A stretch of DNA of 64,000 nt from Utricularia gibba (lineage: Eukaryota; Plantae; Magnoliophyta), in assembly GCA_002189035.1 (NCBI GenBank), contig NEEC01000010.1, positions 1,922,001-1,986,000 of the forward strand, given 5' to 3'. The position numbers and the translations under genes were made by a program. Below the pieces are notes generated by a model. The model was not told the DNA's origin, ran no database searches, and was given only the letters and a program-made list of their open reading frames with translations. Below are positions 1 to 13,800 of the stretch, piece after piece (within the stretch, counting starts at the first letter, position 1; the number at the start of each line of letters is the position of its first letter).

Positions 1-1693
1 ACAGTATGATAGCACATGAAGAACTTCCACCCACATTACTTGACTCCAGGAATCACCTGGTCTATGAGTAACTACTAATACTGAAAAATAGAATATAGGT
101 CAAACCAAAAGTATCCAACCTGAAAGGTTTTCCTTCATCTTTAACTTGGATCAAGCATGAAGCTCGATGGTCTGACATACAGTATTTGCAACCTCTAGCG
201 ATCCGGCAAGGCAACCCCACATGGTCGGCTAGTCTCTGAACAAATAAGTTTTCTGTTAGGATCATAATGACAAGGAGATTTCTCGATCCAAAATGCAAAT
301 AAGAAAAGTTTTTTAGTCATGAAAAGGACACAAGAACACTAGATTATCTGCTAACCTTGAAAAGTAGTGCACGGTGTCTGCATAGTCCTGTGGACAGGTC
401 ACCAATTGGGAGTACAACACATTTGTTCATATCCTTCAGCCGCTGGCTAACCAGTTTCCAGCATAAATTAAGTTCACCTTGCTCTTCAGGAAATGAACCC
501 CTTAAATATGAATCAACAATGTAACATAGTCGTATGAAGAATCTCAATTCATGTTAAAAGCATAGATGTACCCCATAGAAACAGCAACAAGCTTTCCAAG
601 CTTCTCGGCTAGATTAAGTGTACCCCCCAAGGGTGAGCACATCGCATGAGCTTTATCTTCAAGTTCACGAAGCTTCATGTCCTCACACTGATCAACAAGA
701 GCCACCTCCAGTGAAGAATCCGCAGGATCAATTTCTCTTAGTGAAGTTAGAGGAGGCATCTTTTTACCTTCTTCCAAGTTATTTGACATCAACCATAGGT
801 GTGGGTTCATGCCCAAGATGCTATAAAACCCATCTGAAATTCTGTCAATATACGACAAACAACCATTCACCTGTTCCAACAACATATCAGGACACAAATG
901 ATAATCAATTTGAATAAAAAAAAAATCAAATTTCAACAAGGGCGAAATCTCATACCCAGAAATGATACGAGACAGTATCAGCATCAGAGGATCCATCATC
1001 CACTGAACAGACCACATTTCCATCTTTCACCATATGAAGGGGCTCTGAAGCAAGAGTTGCCTCTTCTGTTATCTTTTTGGCAAGCATTATCTGTAAACAG
1101 TATTTCTCAGTGAATCTACCTATCTCATCATCTGGTTTAGGCTCACTCCTCTTGTCCCCTACCACCGCCGCAGTTGAAATCTTTATAAAATCAGTAAAAG
1201 ATGATGAAAAGTTCCGGTCAGCTGTTGAATCAGAAAAAAAGCTCTCTCCGTAGCTCGTGCTTCCCCCACTCGACAGCATCCCCAAAGGAACCTGGCCTTC
1301 AAAGCCCCTTTTTGGTGACTGATCGAGGATGACTTCACTTGCATTACTCGATGGATGGAGCAGAGAATCCTCCCACGTCTTACTACCTTCATCTCCAGCG
1401 TCGAACAATCGAATATTGCCAGGAGCACTATCGGCCGGAGACTTTTCTTTTTGGTATCTGGAAACCCTCTTCGAAAAGTTACTCAACCTTTTCTGGTGAA
1501 TCCTGTCACCCGTGAACTCACGAGAAATATCACCACCACGAGTCGTTGCAAATCCTCCTCTATTGATTTGACGCTCAACATCCACCGCCTTTACGTCGTG
1601 GAGCAGAAATTTTTCCTCGTGATCTTCAACCGATTCCTTGAACTTGTGGTCCGAAAAATTTCTCGGGAAAAAGTAGGTGGCTTTATGCGGCAT
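1..1693 (-). CDS. Raf-like MAPKKK (CTR1/EDR1 group B3), N-terminal part; gene continues beyond the left edge
   Basis: ATG at 1693 (MPHKATYFFPRNF). GT-AG exons 956-1693, 572-870, 356-500, 120-235 join in frame. They encode the EDR1-type region (GCLSYIDRISDGFY; VLPIGDLSTGLCRHRALLFK; LADHVGLPCRIARGCKYC). The kinase domain is not in the window. Confidence 0.88.
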
Positions 1694-3986
1694 CCTTTGT
1701 TCACGCACTACACGCAACGCGAAGTTTACCCAATCAGGTTGCCGTTGTTCAAGGTCTAAGCACTCTCAAAGAACGCCTCCACCACCTCACGGAGACGCCG
1801 GGAAATACAAGTCCAGAATAAATTTCCGACTTTCCGAAGAAGCTCCAAAGCTCTCCAAAACCCAGATCAATTCACCGACCGAAACACTGATTGCTCATTC
1901 CAATAAAAGACATGGAGGAACCCACTTGTGCAAACACACCCATTACTCCAAATCTCACAAAAGCAATCGACTCTTAAAAGATAAGGTTTTTATCCAAAAA
2001 AGAGCTGTCAATCAAGACATCAGACTTCGTATCCGAAGGCAGTCGAAAACAGGGAGCAGCTACCCCACGAAAAAAGAAGAAAGATAAGGATATGTCCTAC
2101 CGTCAACACCATAAAAGAGCAGCAGAGCTCAAGTTGTGGCGTTTCAAGGGAGCACTCAAGGTTGAATTTTGAAGTACACCCTCCTCTACCCGCGCTGACC
2201 TCAGGACATCGGCGTGGGAGCGAACAACCAAGTTCCCCTTCAAGGCCGACATTTGTGCTATTTCTCCTCCCCCAACGAAACACAAACGAAATCCCACGTG
2301 GCGTGGGGAAAAGTCAGCACTTGTCCCAAATACCGCAGGCTTCATTCACAATCGTTTTGTTTAACAGTCTTGTAATAAAGCTATGCACTTTACAGATAGG
2401 AATTGGAGTCATCCCATTCTTCCCTATTGCATTTACACTCAGATACATCCAGACCTTGAAATCCTACGAACATGATGTCTCTGGCCATACAAAACACCGA
2501 AAGAAGGTGTGTTTCTTTGTGCCCACTTAGGCAGCTATTCAATTCAATGCACATTTGAAGTTCGGACAGAACGGGCGCCATTTAGATGGCCAACTTCGAC
2601 CAAACAAAAAGTTTCCTGAAACTGGGACACACGTCAAGTTATCCACTCCTATTCATTGGGTACGGGTACGGTCTACCCTTATCCTCATTTATGATACTGG
2701 TCAAAAAGAGAAAACTACTGTTCATAGTCAGGTCAGCATGGTTACTCTCGTAATTTACTTAGAAATTATTGGCTATTATGAATATTAAATTTTTCGAAAA
2801 TAGAAAAATAAGGATAATAAAGTTTGTAAATGATCAGGCATCCTTTTTATCTGCTCAGTCATTACAGGGCAGAGGCAGTAGTACACCCACGTACCACTAG
2901 TTGACTATTTTATTATATTCCAGATCTGCCCTATCTTCTAACATCAAGGAAAGCTCCATTACAAAGAAGAAAAAGCTCCAGGAAGAAGATACTTTGCAAT
3001 AATGACACGTCAGGATGAACTTTCGCTTTTCTTGTTCCGATCCTATTTATGAGAAGATAGATAGGTATTAGATAATACACGTATTTTTTTAATTAATGGC
3101 ATTTATCACCCACAGAAGCATTTATGTTACATGTTAGCAATGTAATTTGGCTATTAATTCATTTTCAAACATTTATTCGACTTACGTTTAATATGTATTT
3201 CTTATAATTTAAAAATTAAAGTAATTCAATAATTTATTATATTTAATTGTAATTAGTTATAAAAAATGAATAAAATCGTATAATTTATCCTAAAATATTT
3301 CTCAGAAATCACTTTTTGTAGAAGAAAATTTATTATACAAAAGTAATTTTACAAAAATATAATTAATTTTACAAGAATTGAATTGAAGTTATCTTTGGGC
3401 AGAGCCTATTCCACTTCTTTTCCATTTTCTTGGGTAGACAAAAAGATGACCCGTAAATGGATCGGGCCAAGCAATGAAGTACCAGGAACAACTTGGCGTT
3501 TCAGAGTCCACAGCGATTGTGACTCATCTTGTCTGGGCCTTGGGTGTTCTCACTTGTCCACTGTAGTTACCAGCATCAGCACACTTCAAGGTGCGGTGCA
3601 ATACGAATGAAGGAGAAAAACCACACCAGTTCTTCATTCCATTCAACCCGCATACATCAGTTGCTTCTTATAAAACTATCTATCCTCCATTTCTTCCACA
3701 CACACTATGCACAAAAAAATACATATAAGGTGGATAGATTTATCACATAGTCAGTCATTTGACACCGGGTATTTTTCAAAATCACCCTCAGTTCTACACA
3801 GGGAGAGGGCTGACACATGCTACACTACAACGAGACTACCTGAAAAAAGAGAGATTTTTTCGTCTCCAGTGCCATCCATCCCTTACCTGTCATCAAAACC
3901 AAGGCATCACTTTGCAGCTCATAATTCGTGTTACAAGAGTTACCACTAACAAGATACTTACCCTTCTTCGGCAATGACTATTGGAA

Positions 3987-5029
3987 CTAGGGATTCTTTC
4001 TTGGTCTGCCTCGCTTCCTCTTCTCAGCAGTTCCAGCAACAGGCGGCGGTTGAGCAACCGCTGGAGCTGCGGCTGAAATAGGGGTTACATTTTGGGGTGG
4101 TGGGGTTCTAGATGGTAAAACTTCTGCCTCGGCGGGGGTGGGGCGCTCCCATAGATCGGAGGCATCCATTTTGGAAAACCACCATCTTGTCCTTTCGCAT
4201 TGCCGGTGGTAAAGCTCATCGGGAAAAATCCCCAACAGCAATAGTAAGCTTCTTTGTCAGGCACAACTGGCGGCATAGATAAAATCTCGGTGGCCGTGAA
4301 TGCCCTCTTGCAACTCTGACACCTCAAGCAACAACCTTCGTATGTTTTCTGATACTCGTAGAGATTGTAACAGTATGGGCACGTAGTCCAGAAATTCTGC
4401 ATTGATTCAGTACTAGGTGCGCTGTTTTTCTTCCGGCCTCTTGTCTCGGTGCTCCTCGCATCACCGTCGCCATCCTCACCTTGGCCTCGGGAGCTACGAC
4501 GGACAGGCAATTTCGGCTCCGAAGCATCTTTCGTTTTTTGTTTCATGCGCTGATTAAACTTCTGCTGCTGCCTTTTCGACGCTGCCAAATCTACCTTGGT
4601 GAATCGGGAGACAACCTCACTGTCGTAGGCAGCTTTCTTCGCCGGATCAGACAAAACCGCCCACGAATCGGCGACTAGATGGAAAGCGGAGTCGGAAAAG
4701 GGGAATTTATTCTTGTCAGGGTGGAGGAGGAGCGCGAGATGCCGGTACTTCTTCTTGATCAATTCGACGTCGTCTGTGCGCTGCCCGAGTTGTAATATCG
4801 CGTACCAATCGGGACGATTGTTCGAGAGCTTGTTGCTGCTGTTGTCTCCGGCGAGAAGAACCTCGGCGATGGCGAGGATCTGATCTGAGCCTTCAAGGAG
4901 AGGCTCCGTTTCCTGGGCGAGAATGGCGAAATCGCGACAGGCGGCGAAGTCTTCGTTACCGAGAAGTTTCTCGGCGATTCCGAGTAGACGCTCAGCTTCT
5001 GCTCGGCTGGTGGTGGTATGATGCTCCAT
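3987..5029 (-). CDS. J-domain (DnaJ/Hsp40-type) protein with Cys-rich zinc-binding motif and C-terminal AT-hook-like motif; single coding exon, one frameshift at about 4140-4143
   Basis: HPD motif (LLLHPDKNKFPFSD), FWTTCPYC...CLRCQSC motif. The tail KRKRGRPRKNP* lies in the adjacent frame (ORF 3987-4241) and is joined by adding one C to the CCCC run. Confidence 0.88.
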
Positions 5030-5294
5030 TCGATTTCTGCGAATTAGGTTAAAAAAAACCGGAGGGATGTCCGAGTCCCACGGTAGTTTGATCGGACAAA
5101 AACGACGGCGCCTCGCGTTCTGTTTTTTTTTTTTTTTTTCTTATCTATTTTCTTGTTCAATGTGTCTGAATTTAAAGAAAACAAATAAAGATAAAATTTC
5201 AATTACAAATTTTGATTTTTAAAATAACGGAATAATATTCTCAAACCTCCGGATCGCGCTAGCTCCAAAATTTCCTAAAATTCGTCGCATTTCA

Positions 5295-5302
5295 AACCCT
5301 AG
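5295..5302 (+). promoter_or_regulatory. telo-box (AAACCCTA)
   Basis: Exact AAACCCTA between the J-domain gene ATG (5029, -) and the candidate gene (5344, +). Confidence 0.4.
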
Positions 5303-5343
5303 AGTTCAATGTGATGATCTGTTGTTAATCTTGCTCCTAGAAA

Positions 5344-6753
5344 ATGGATCTGCTTGATATCAAAGGTGGTGTCACTGAGGCGCCATTTAGAAATGTGAAC
5401 TGGGCCAGCATTCCCTCCATGCTAAGGATGCGGTTCGTTGTCACAGTGCGTGGATATATTTCTTGGGGAGAATTGGATTATTAGATCATGCTGTGAATGA
5501 AAAGTATGTTCTGCTTTTATTTTCCGAAAAAATGATGCAACAGAAGTTCTTAGTTAGCAAATCATTGGTGTTGTCAACTCTGAAATAGTCTATCCTCATC
5601 AGCTTTGTTTTCATGAACTGGAATTTAAGCAAAATTTCGCGGAAACAATAGGGCTGTGATATGATTATCGTTCTCCTGAATCTTCTTGCATGTACTTCGA
5701 TATTATGGACAAGAAAATTTGATTGGATTGCTTTTCGAAAAAAAAAAATAGCGATTTTTTTGTTGGTTCTACAGTTGATATCTATCCCAAGAAGAATGGG
5801 TTGGGATATGCTTACACTGAAACCGGTTATGATGATCCTTCTAACTTAGACACGTTTCCGACTGAGGATGATGATAAGGTAGTACTTAACACTTATCTCT
5901 ACCAGAGAAATCTCAGATTCCACGAATGCTATTCTGAAATGAAATGTAATTGAACTGGAAGGAGGACTGCTGTTGTTAGCTTGATTTCTTGCTGAAGACA
6001 GAATTCCATGGCGTGTTTAAGAAACCCACTTTAGCTGACTCAAATGTATGCATGCATGGTCTTTGTATCCACTAGCAAACATCCTAAGTATTTTCAAATA
6101 ATTTCAGAATAAATCATTTTGGATAGCTTATGATGCTGATGCGACCAGGAGTGGAGGAGTTCTATCTGATGCCATAGAAAATAATGGTTTGATTGACCAA
6201 TTTCAGTTTATGTATTGCTTCATCCTATGTTTTCTGTTCTTTATTCTGCTCTGGCATAGATTTTTTAGTAGACCTGCTGTACCTTGAGACAGTGCCATGA
6301 CATTTTTCCATCTATGCTTCCTTTCAGCTTCTTGTGCTGAGCGACCCTCTGATGATTGTGCTCATCGTGGAAACCATTATATGGACTCAAAGCTGAGCTT
6401 CCGAAGAATGCATGTTGAAGTATGGAGAAACAAAAATATGAAAATGGACTAACTTTTCACGTTGGGTTGGATATAGAGGATATCCGAGCCAAATAAAATG
6501 CATAGAGGATAACGCATAGAACACTACTTTATTTGATACGGTTGTTGTGTTTAAATTGATACGGTCATTTATCATTTCTACTAGAGGTATTCATTAAACT
6601 TTTCCTACTTCAATATCCTGATTTCTGATTCCTCTCTTGAATGTTAATGTTTCTTACGATGCTTCTTTTTCACAGGATGGTTCTGAATGCCGAACCTATG
6701 GAAGCTGTTTTCCAGCACTTGAATGTAATTGCTGCTGCAACTGCCGACCCTAA
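5344..6753 (+). CDS. Candidate uncharacterised small multi-exon gene (about 140 aa, Cys-rich C-terminus)
   Basis: GT-AG bounded segments 5344-5365, 5775-5945, 6127-6186, 6328-6419, 6676-6753 join in frame with no stop. No family recognised. The first exon is the least certain. Confidence 0.3.
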
Positions 6754-7813
6754 TTCTCCAGGAGTTTTTCTGCTAGACGTTGCTCATATACCTTCACTGA
6801 ATGTCAATGGATCCTCCGGTTGCATCTAGTGAGCGTGGTCTGCTTTCCAGCTTTGACACCCATCATTTCCTAGATAGCCACTTACCTCTCAACATGCCTT
6901 TTTTCCAGAGCTGCTCGATGATGCTCAACAAAGTAGCAGTTACCATGAAACCGGTGAAGGAAATTGCAATCCCTTGCTCCTTGAGATTTCCCCCGCCCAA
7001 ATCTGGCCTAGAAACAGTCTCTCGCATGGAGCCCGACAGCATGTTTCGAAAAGGGTGTGCATAACTGTGAAGAACTCTTGGATGGGTAACATCCTCTGAA
7101 AAGGATGCGGGAAAGCTCTGTCGTGTCATAATCGTGATTAGGCAGGGATTATTAGTGAGTGATATTCGTTAATAGTGATTAAATATAAAATATAATTTTA
7201 ATGTAATTTATTTGAAATAAAAAAATGCATCGCAGATATTTAAAAAATGCAGTTACGAACACACCTCCGTAGTCTTGAATCTCTTTTTCATCAAAATATT
7301 GTTTTAATTTTTTAAATTATTTTTATACTGAAAAAGTGAAATGGTATAAATAAGCGATTGGAAATGTAGCTAATTCGTTTGGAAAACTTCTCCCTGGAAA
7401 ACAGGGGAGATCTGTAGCATAGACCAGTCGCACCAGATCGGAACTCCACGGTGTCCATCTCCCTGCTCCATAACTCCATTTTTATGCACGGAGATCGACT
7501 GCTTACCTTCCCTCCTCCACGCTAACCTCTCTTTGTCTATACAATAAACAGGCACTGATTGTATATATGCACATTGATTGTCCTCTTCCTAACATTACTG
7601 CGTTTCTTTCCACGTTTGTCTGACCGTTGAGCTGTCGCTTTTAATATTTTACTGCGAAGGTTTTGTTTCGTGATTCTTAAACGTGCTGATGCTTTTCCGG
7701 GATTCATGAAAGCTTTGGTTTTGTTTTCCCGATTGGGAACATGGACGGGAATCATGCAACCCCAAATGTGATGAGGACATTCGGGCGATCGTAACTCGTC
7801 TTTTATTCCCAGG

Positions 7814-10800
7814 ATGGGGCCTTCTCCGGCCAAGTTCTTGTTTGGGTTCCTCCTTATTTCAATCGCACTATGGTTTATATTCATGTAAGTATTATTGTAG
7901 ATGTGATGCTTACATGTTAAGCATTTGTGTGATTTGATGTTATGCTTTCTCCGATTGTTGTTTATGATTTGGTAAAATGTGGGAAAAAGGGACAAGACTG
8001 AAGATCTGTAAGGAGTATTTGATGTTTTTATGTGTGTCGTTTGGTAAACTTTGTTATTGAATGTTATGTTTGGCTGTTGGAATGATTGGGGTGTGTCTCT
8101 TTCAGGTTTGCATCCGGGTTACTTGCTTGGATACTCAGTCGAATTCTCGGAGCTTCAGTTAGATTTAGGGTTGGTGGTTGGAAATGCCTAAGGGACATTG
8201 TTATAAAGTTCAACAAGGTTGTATTCCTGACTAGCTATTTTATTCCCAAGGGGAGTGAAACCTATTACATTTAAATATGCCTATTTAGCCCCGTCAAACT
8301 TGATGTTTCAGTTTGAAGTACCTAATGATATACATTTCTTTATTTGGAGAATATTTTTGTGGCATTTCATTATGTGAATGTATTTCATCCCATCTTATTG
8401 GTTATTGCATCGCAGGGTGCTGTAGAATCATTATCTGTTGGAGAAATAAGGCTAAGTGTACGGCAGTCTTTGGTTATGCTTGGAGTAGGACTCATTTCAA
8501 AGGATCCAAAGTTGCAGATTTTGATTTGTGACCTAGAAGTAGTGATAAGGCCAACAAAAAAGACCACTCAGAAGACTAGACAAAAACGATCTCGTGGATC
8601 AGGGAAAGGAAAGTGGATGGTATTGGGCAGGATGGCGAGGCTTTTGTCTATTTCTGTGAGCGACTTGCTTATAAAGGTAGTATTTTGGTCGATATTCTTG
8701 CTATCAGGTTTCATGATCTTGTTGCTATTAGTTATTTTCCTTGCTGTATTTTGGGATAAAAATCCACGGTAACTTTCTGATCTTACTTCTGAACTCTTCT
8801 TACATGTAGATAGTATGAGATGGTCACTAGGTAGGCAAGTATCATTGTTTCACCTTTGTGCATCAGATAGTATGCATGCAGTAGATCTATGATGAATACA
8901 AATGAAAAGAACCGTAATGAGAAAGAGGATCAAGGATAATAATATATATTAACTCAAATCACAACCTTTTAAAACATTGAGCTTTACATATGGAGGGACT
9001 TGAGATTGCTTGGGGGGGGGGGGGAGGGAGATTAGAGCATGACTACATGAATTTTTGTCTTCTTTCATGAGAGAAATCAAATATAGGTCAGATGGTGCAC
9101 CTTGATTGAGATACTGCTGAGTGAAGTTTTAGCAAGCGAACCCTCTGAATTAAGAGCATCAAGAAAAAGTTCCTTAATCGTGTTTTTGATGCAGTAATTT
9201 ATATATTACTTACTTCTATGTCTAGGCTAACACTCCTGATCCTGCAGATACCGAAAGCTACCATTGATATTAAAGAACTGAGGTTGGACATATCCAAAAA
9301 TGTTGGATCCGAGTCTGGCCTATTTATAAAGCTGCAGCTTTTACCAATTCATGTCTACCCACCAAAAACTTATGATCAATTAGTACGTTTTGGTGGATCT
9401 TCTTGCCAGTTGGCAGATGGAGGCTGTTCTCCATTTAGCTGTGAAGAATTCTCTCTCTTGTGTGAACTCGCGCATAATAGGTGGTTCTTTTTTTATATGA
9501 AATCCAGCATTTCTTCTTTAAAATTTTCAGATCAGAACTGTGAAATAAAATGTAATTTTATGCAAATGACTTGATCTGCACTTGATTATTCTGTTGCTAG
9601 AACATTTTACTAGCTGATTACTTTATGTTTCATCAGAGAATTTGGGGAAGTACATTCTACATTGCTTCTTGAGAATGCAGTTTCTTGCTGTAACTGCACA
9701 ATGCTGTCAGCCTGTTGAGTTACGATTTCTAAAAACTTTTTTCATATGGTAAAAATATTCTGGGATTCCTCTTTCCAAGTTTACTTTAAACCTCAAAACA
9801 ATATCTCTTCTTGGTGATCAGCAGCGAGAGTATTTGAGATTCAGAATTTTCTTCATACAAAAAAGCTTTATCTTTTGTGGTGCTTGTGTTTCAAATGCGA
9901 GGTTTTTTGAAAGCCTTCCATTTTGAATAGTGAAGTTCTCCTTTGTAGTATGCTTACTGCCATGAAAATTGTCCAATTTTTACAGTAACATGTTCTTTTT
10001 ACCTATGAAGTGTGCCACTGTTGAGGAATTGTTCCATTAGGAGTAAGATATCATAGTATTTTGATATTTACGCTTCATACGATTTTTGAATAGGGAAACA
10101 GGAGTAGTAATTCAGAATTTGGATATTACAAGCGGAGATGTTCTTGTTAACTTGGATGAAGATTTGCTGCTCAAGGAAAAGGTTTCATCTGATTCATCTT
10201 CGGTCATTACAGAAGGTGCAGCCAGAAATAAGGAACCTGTGTCTTCAGAAAAGGTGCAGGAAAAACGTGCATTCTCTGGTTTGTTCAAGCTCACTTCCCT
10301 GCTTCCGGAAAAGGTTAGCTTTATTTAGGATTCCATTACAATATTTCCTGGTTTGTATCCTTTATAATCCAGAAAAGATGCTTACAATTAAAAATGCTGC
10401 TGAAGGATTTGAAGCACTAGACATAAATGAAACCGTTGAATAAGGATACAAGAATTGCGAATGGATGGGGGCTAGGCTTCATTGTGAGATATTAGTGTAA
10501 TATTTAGATGCTTCATTTATGTTTGTGGTTTTCTGATTTGGAGAGTCTCATTATGTGATTTTGGAGGCTACTCTTTATTCTGTCTTTGTGGTTTGTGGTT
10601 CCTTCCTGAGAACCCTGCTGAGTTTTTTTACATTGATTTGGTCATAGGCTCTACTGTTGCATTTTCAAGTACTTGTTTACTAAAACTAACATGAACTGGT
10701 GAAAATGATCTGTGCGTTTTTTTTTTTTTTCTGAACAGGCAGCATTCACTCTGCCTAAGTTTGATGTAAAATTTCTGCATCGGGCCTGTGGACTTGAGGT

Positions 10801-13800
10801 AGAGAATAACATAATGGGTGTTCAAGTGAGATGCGTGAAATCTCGATCAGTTGAAGATGCATGTGAAAGTACAAGGCTTGATGTGCATATGGAATTCAGT
10901 GAGATTTATGTGAGTGCAAAAGCTGAGCGTTATTTGTGTTTTTTCTGCGATATTCTCCTGCTCTTCTCTTATGCAGTCATATGTGCTGCAGTTTTTGAGA
11001 GAAGCTGGCATCTCTATTATGGAAATTCAGAAGCTTGATGTTGGATCTTTAATTAACGTCCCATTACAGGTATGAAGTAGCACCTTTTTTCCGCTTATTG
11101 TCATAGCATATAGATGTGAAAGTTTGCTGATGTGCTCAGATAACTTTCTTGTCCAGCCTAACTCCCATATTAGATCTGAAATTGATGTTAAGCTTGGAGG
11201 CACACAATGCAACCTACTACTGAACAGGTTAGAGCCATGGATGCCACTACGCCCTCACCCCAAACCAAAAAAGGATCTGCCTGGAGAAATTCCTTCTAGA
11301 GAGAAATTAAGGCCATCTGAACCAAAAGCAATCATGTGGGCTTGCACAGTTTCTGCCCCAGAGATGGCTGTTGTGCTGTACAGTCTGACTGGTTGTCCAC
11401 TGTATCACGTAAGGTTTTGATTATGTTTTTTTAATGAAGCAATATCTTTCGAAACAAATGTTTTACTTGTGGATTCTCTGATATTTATTTGTCCTAGATA
11501 AAATATGGAAACTCATGTTTGAATCACATAATATGAAATAAGACTGGATAGGCAAAGATCACCTCACACGTGTTTTAAAAATCTAATGTTTCTTGTGAGT
11601 TTCCATTCTGAGAGACCTGGTGTCTTCAGTTTACAGTAGATATATCACAGAATGTATTATTTGTTCTGACACAGAATCCTGTCTTAAATGCCTGTTGATG
11701 ATGCAGGGTTGCTCACAATCATCACACGTATTTTTTAATAACATTTCAAGCAATGGTGCAACATTGCACATGGAGCTTGGTGAGTTAAGCTTGCATATGT
11801 CTGATGAGTACCAAGAGTGCGTAAAGGAGAACTTGTTTGCCGTGGAATCCAATATTGGCTCATTAATGCATATTCCAAAGATTAGCTTTGACTTGAGAAA
11901 GAAGGGCACAGATCCCACTGAAGACGGTTCTAAGGTCAAGGCTGTTCTTAGTGCGGATGTAACAGGAATGGCCATATGCTTGAACTTCAGGCGTATTGAA
12001 TCGTTGATATCAACCATCTTATCTGTTAAGGCCTTCCTCAAAAAAATATCGAATTCTAGTAAGAAACCAGTCCAAAGAAAAGCAATGGGATCGTCGAGGC
12101 AATCTGGCAAAGGAATCCAACTTTTGAAGCTCAATTTGGAAAGATGCTCTGTGAATATCTCTGGAGAGGTAGGCATAGATGATGTAGTCATTGCAGATCC
12201 CAAACGTGTTAATTATGGATCTCAAGGTGGTAGAGTTTTGATCACAGATTCTGCAGGTGGAACTCCACGCACTGCACACATATGTTCCGCATTTTCAAAT
12301 GGATGCAGGACTCTTAAGTATTCCATATCTCTTGATATTTTCCACTTCAGCTTTTGCTTGAACAAGGATAAAAAATCTATTCAGGTTGAACTTGAAAGGG
12401 CCAGATCCATTTATCAGGAATTTCCCGAGGGTGAAAAACCTGGAACCAAAGTTTCCTTGCTTGACACGCACAATGCAAAGCTTGTCCGGAGATCAGGTGG
12501 TCCTAAAGAAATTGAGGTCTGCTCTCTATTTAGTGCTACAGATATATCTCTCAGGTGGGAGCCTGATTTGCATATTGCATTAGTTGAACTGGGTTTGCGG
12601 TTAAAGTCTCTAGTAGATTCTAGCAAAATTCAGGGACAGAGTGATGTGGAAAAAACAATTTTTATGAAAGACAATGAAGTGAAGAGCGGATACTCTTCAG
12701 ATGCGGTTAAGCCTGAAAAAACACTTCATAAAAAAGAATCCATTTTTGCAGTTGATGTTGAAATGCTTACTATATCAGCCGATGTTGGAGATGGGGTTGA
12801 AGCCTGCATCCAAGTTCAGTCCATCTTTTCTGAAAATGCACGAATTGGGGTTCTTCTGGAGGGTCTGATGATTCACCTGAATGAAGCCCGAGTTTTCAGA
12901 AGCAACAGGATGCAAATTTCTCGAGTACCTAGTACTTCAGGAGGTTCATCAGATATGAAGTGTGAAAAGATAAGTGTCTGGGATTGGGTGATACAAGCAC
13001 TTGACGTGCACATATGCATGCCGTTTAGATTGGAGTTGCGAGCTATTGATGATTCAGTCGAAGACATGTTGCGAGCTTTGAAGCTTGTAACTTCTGCCAA
13101 AACTAAATCAATACTTCATCCAAAGGAGGTGCCGTCAAAACCCAAAAAGGCAAGTTCAACAAAAACTGGATGCATAAAATTTAGTGTACGCAAGCTAATT
13201 GCTGACATCGAGGAAGAACCATTACAAGGTTGGCTTGATGAGCATTATCGTCTTCTGAAAAATGAGGCTTGTGAATTAGCTGTGAGGGTGAACTTTCTTG
13301 ATGAACTTACTGCAAAGGGCGATGAGAGTTCAGTGGCTGGCGAACTGAATGCTTCTGAACAACAGTTTCAGAATGATATTGATAAAAAGATTGATATTCA
13401 AGATGCTTCATCGATCCAGGAAAAGTATGATGAGATATACAAACGGTCTTTCCAGTCATATTACCAGGCTTGCCTGGGTCTCACTCCATCTGAAGGATCT
13501 GGAGCCTGCAAATTTGGGTTCCAGGCTGGCTTCAAGCCAAGCAAATCAAGGACCTCTTTGTTATCTTTATCTGCAACTGAGTTAGAACTGAGCTTTACAA
13601 AGATTGCAGGTGGTGATGCAGGGATGATCGAAGTTCTGCAGAAGCTCGATCCAGTCTGTCGTGCCCACAATATTCCATTTTCTAGACTTTATGGTGGAAA
13701 CATAAATTTGCGTACAAGTACTCTTGTTGTTCAGATAAGAGACTACACCTGCCCAATATTTTCTGCTGCAGACGGTCAATGTGAAGGCCGGGTTATTCTC

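Noticed and set aside
5311-5945. Box C/D snoRNA-like motifs (GTGATGA at 5311…CTGA; ATGATGA…CTGA…ATGATGA…CTGA at about 5828-5938) near a telo-box
   Set aside because: No terminal stems and no rRNA-complementary guide of 10 nt or more that I could recognise. The GATGAT motifs are explained by Asp codons of the candidate exon. snoScan or small-RNA data would settle it.
7537-7995. 152-aa minus-strand ORF at the SABRE start
   Set aside because: Antisense to the SABRE 5' UTR intron, first exon and first intron, with no motif.
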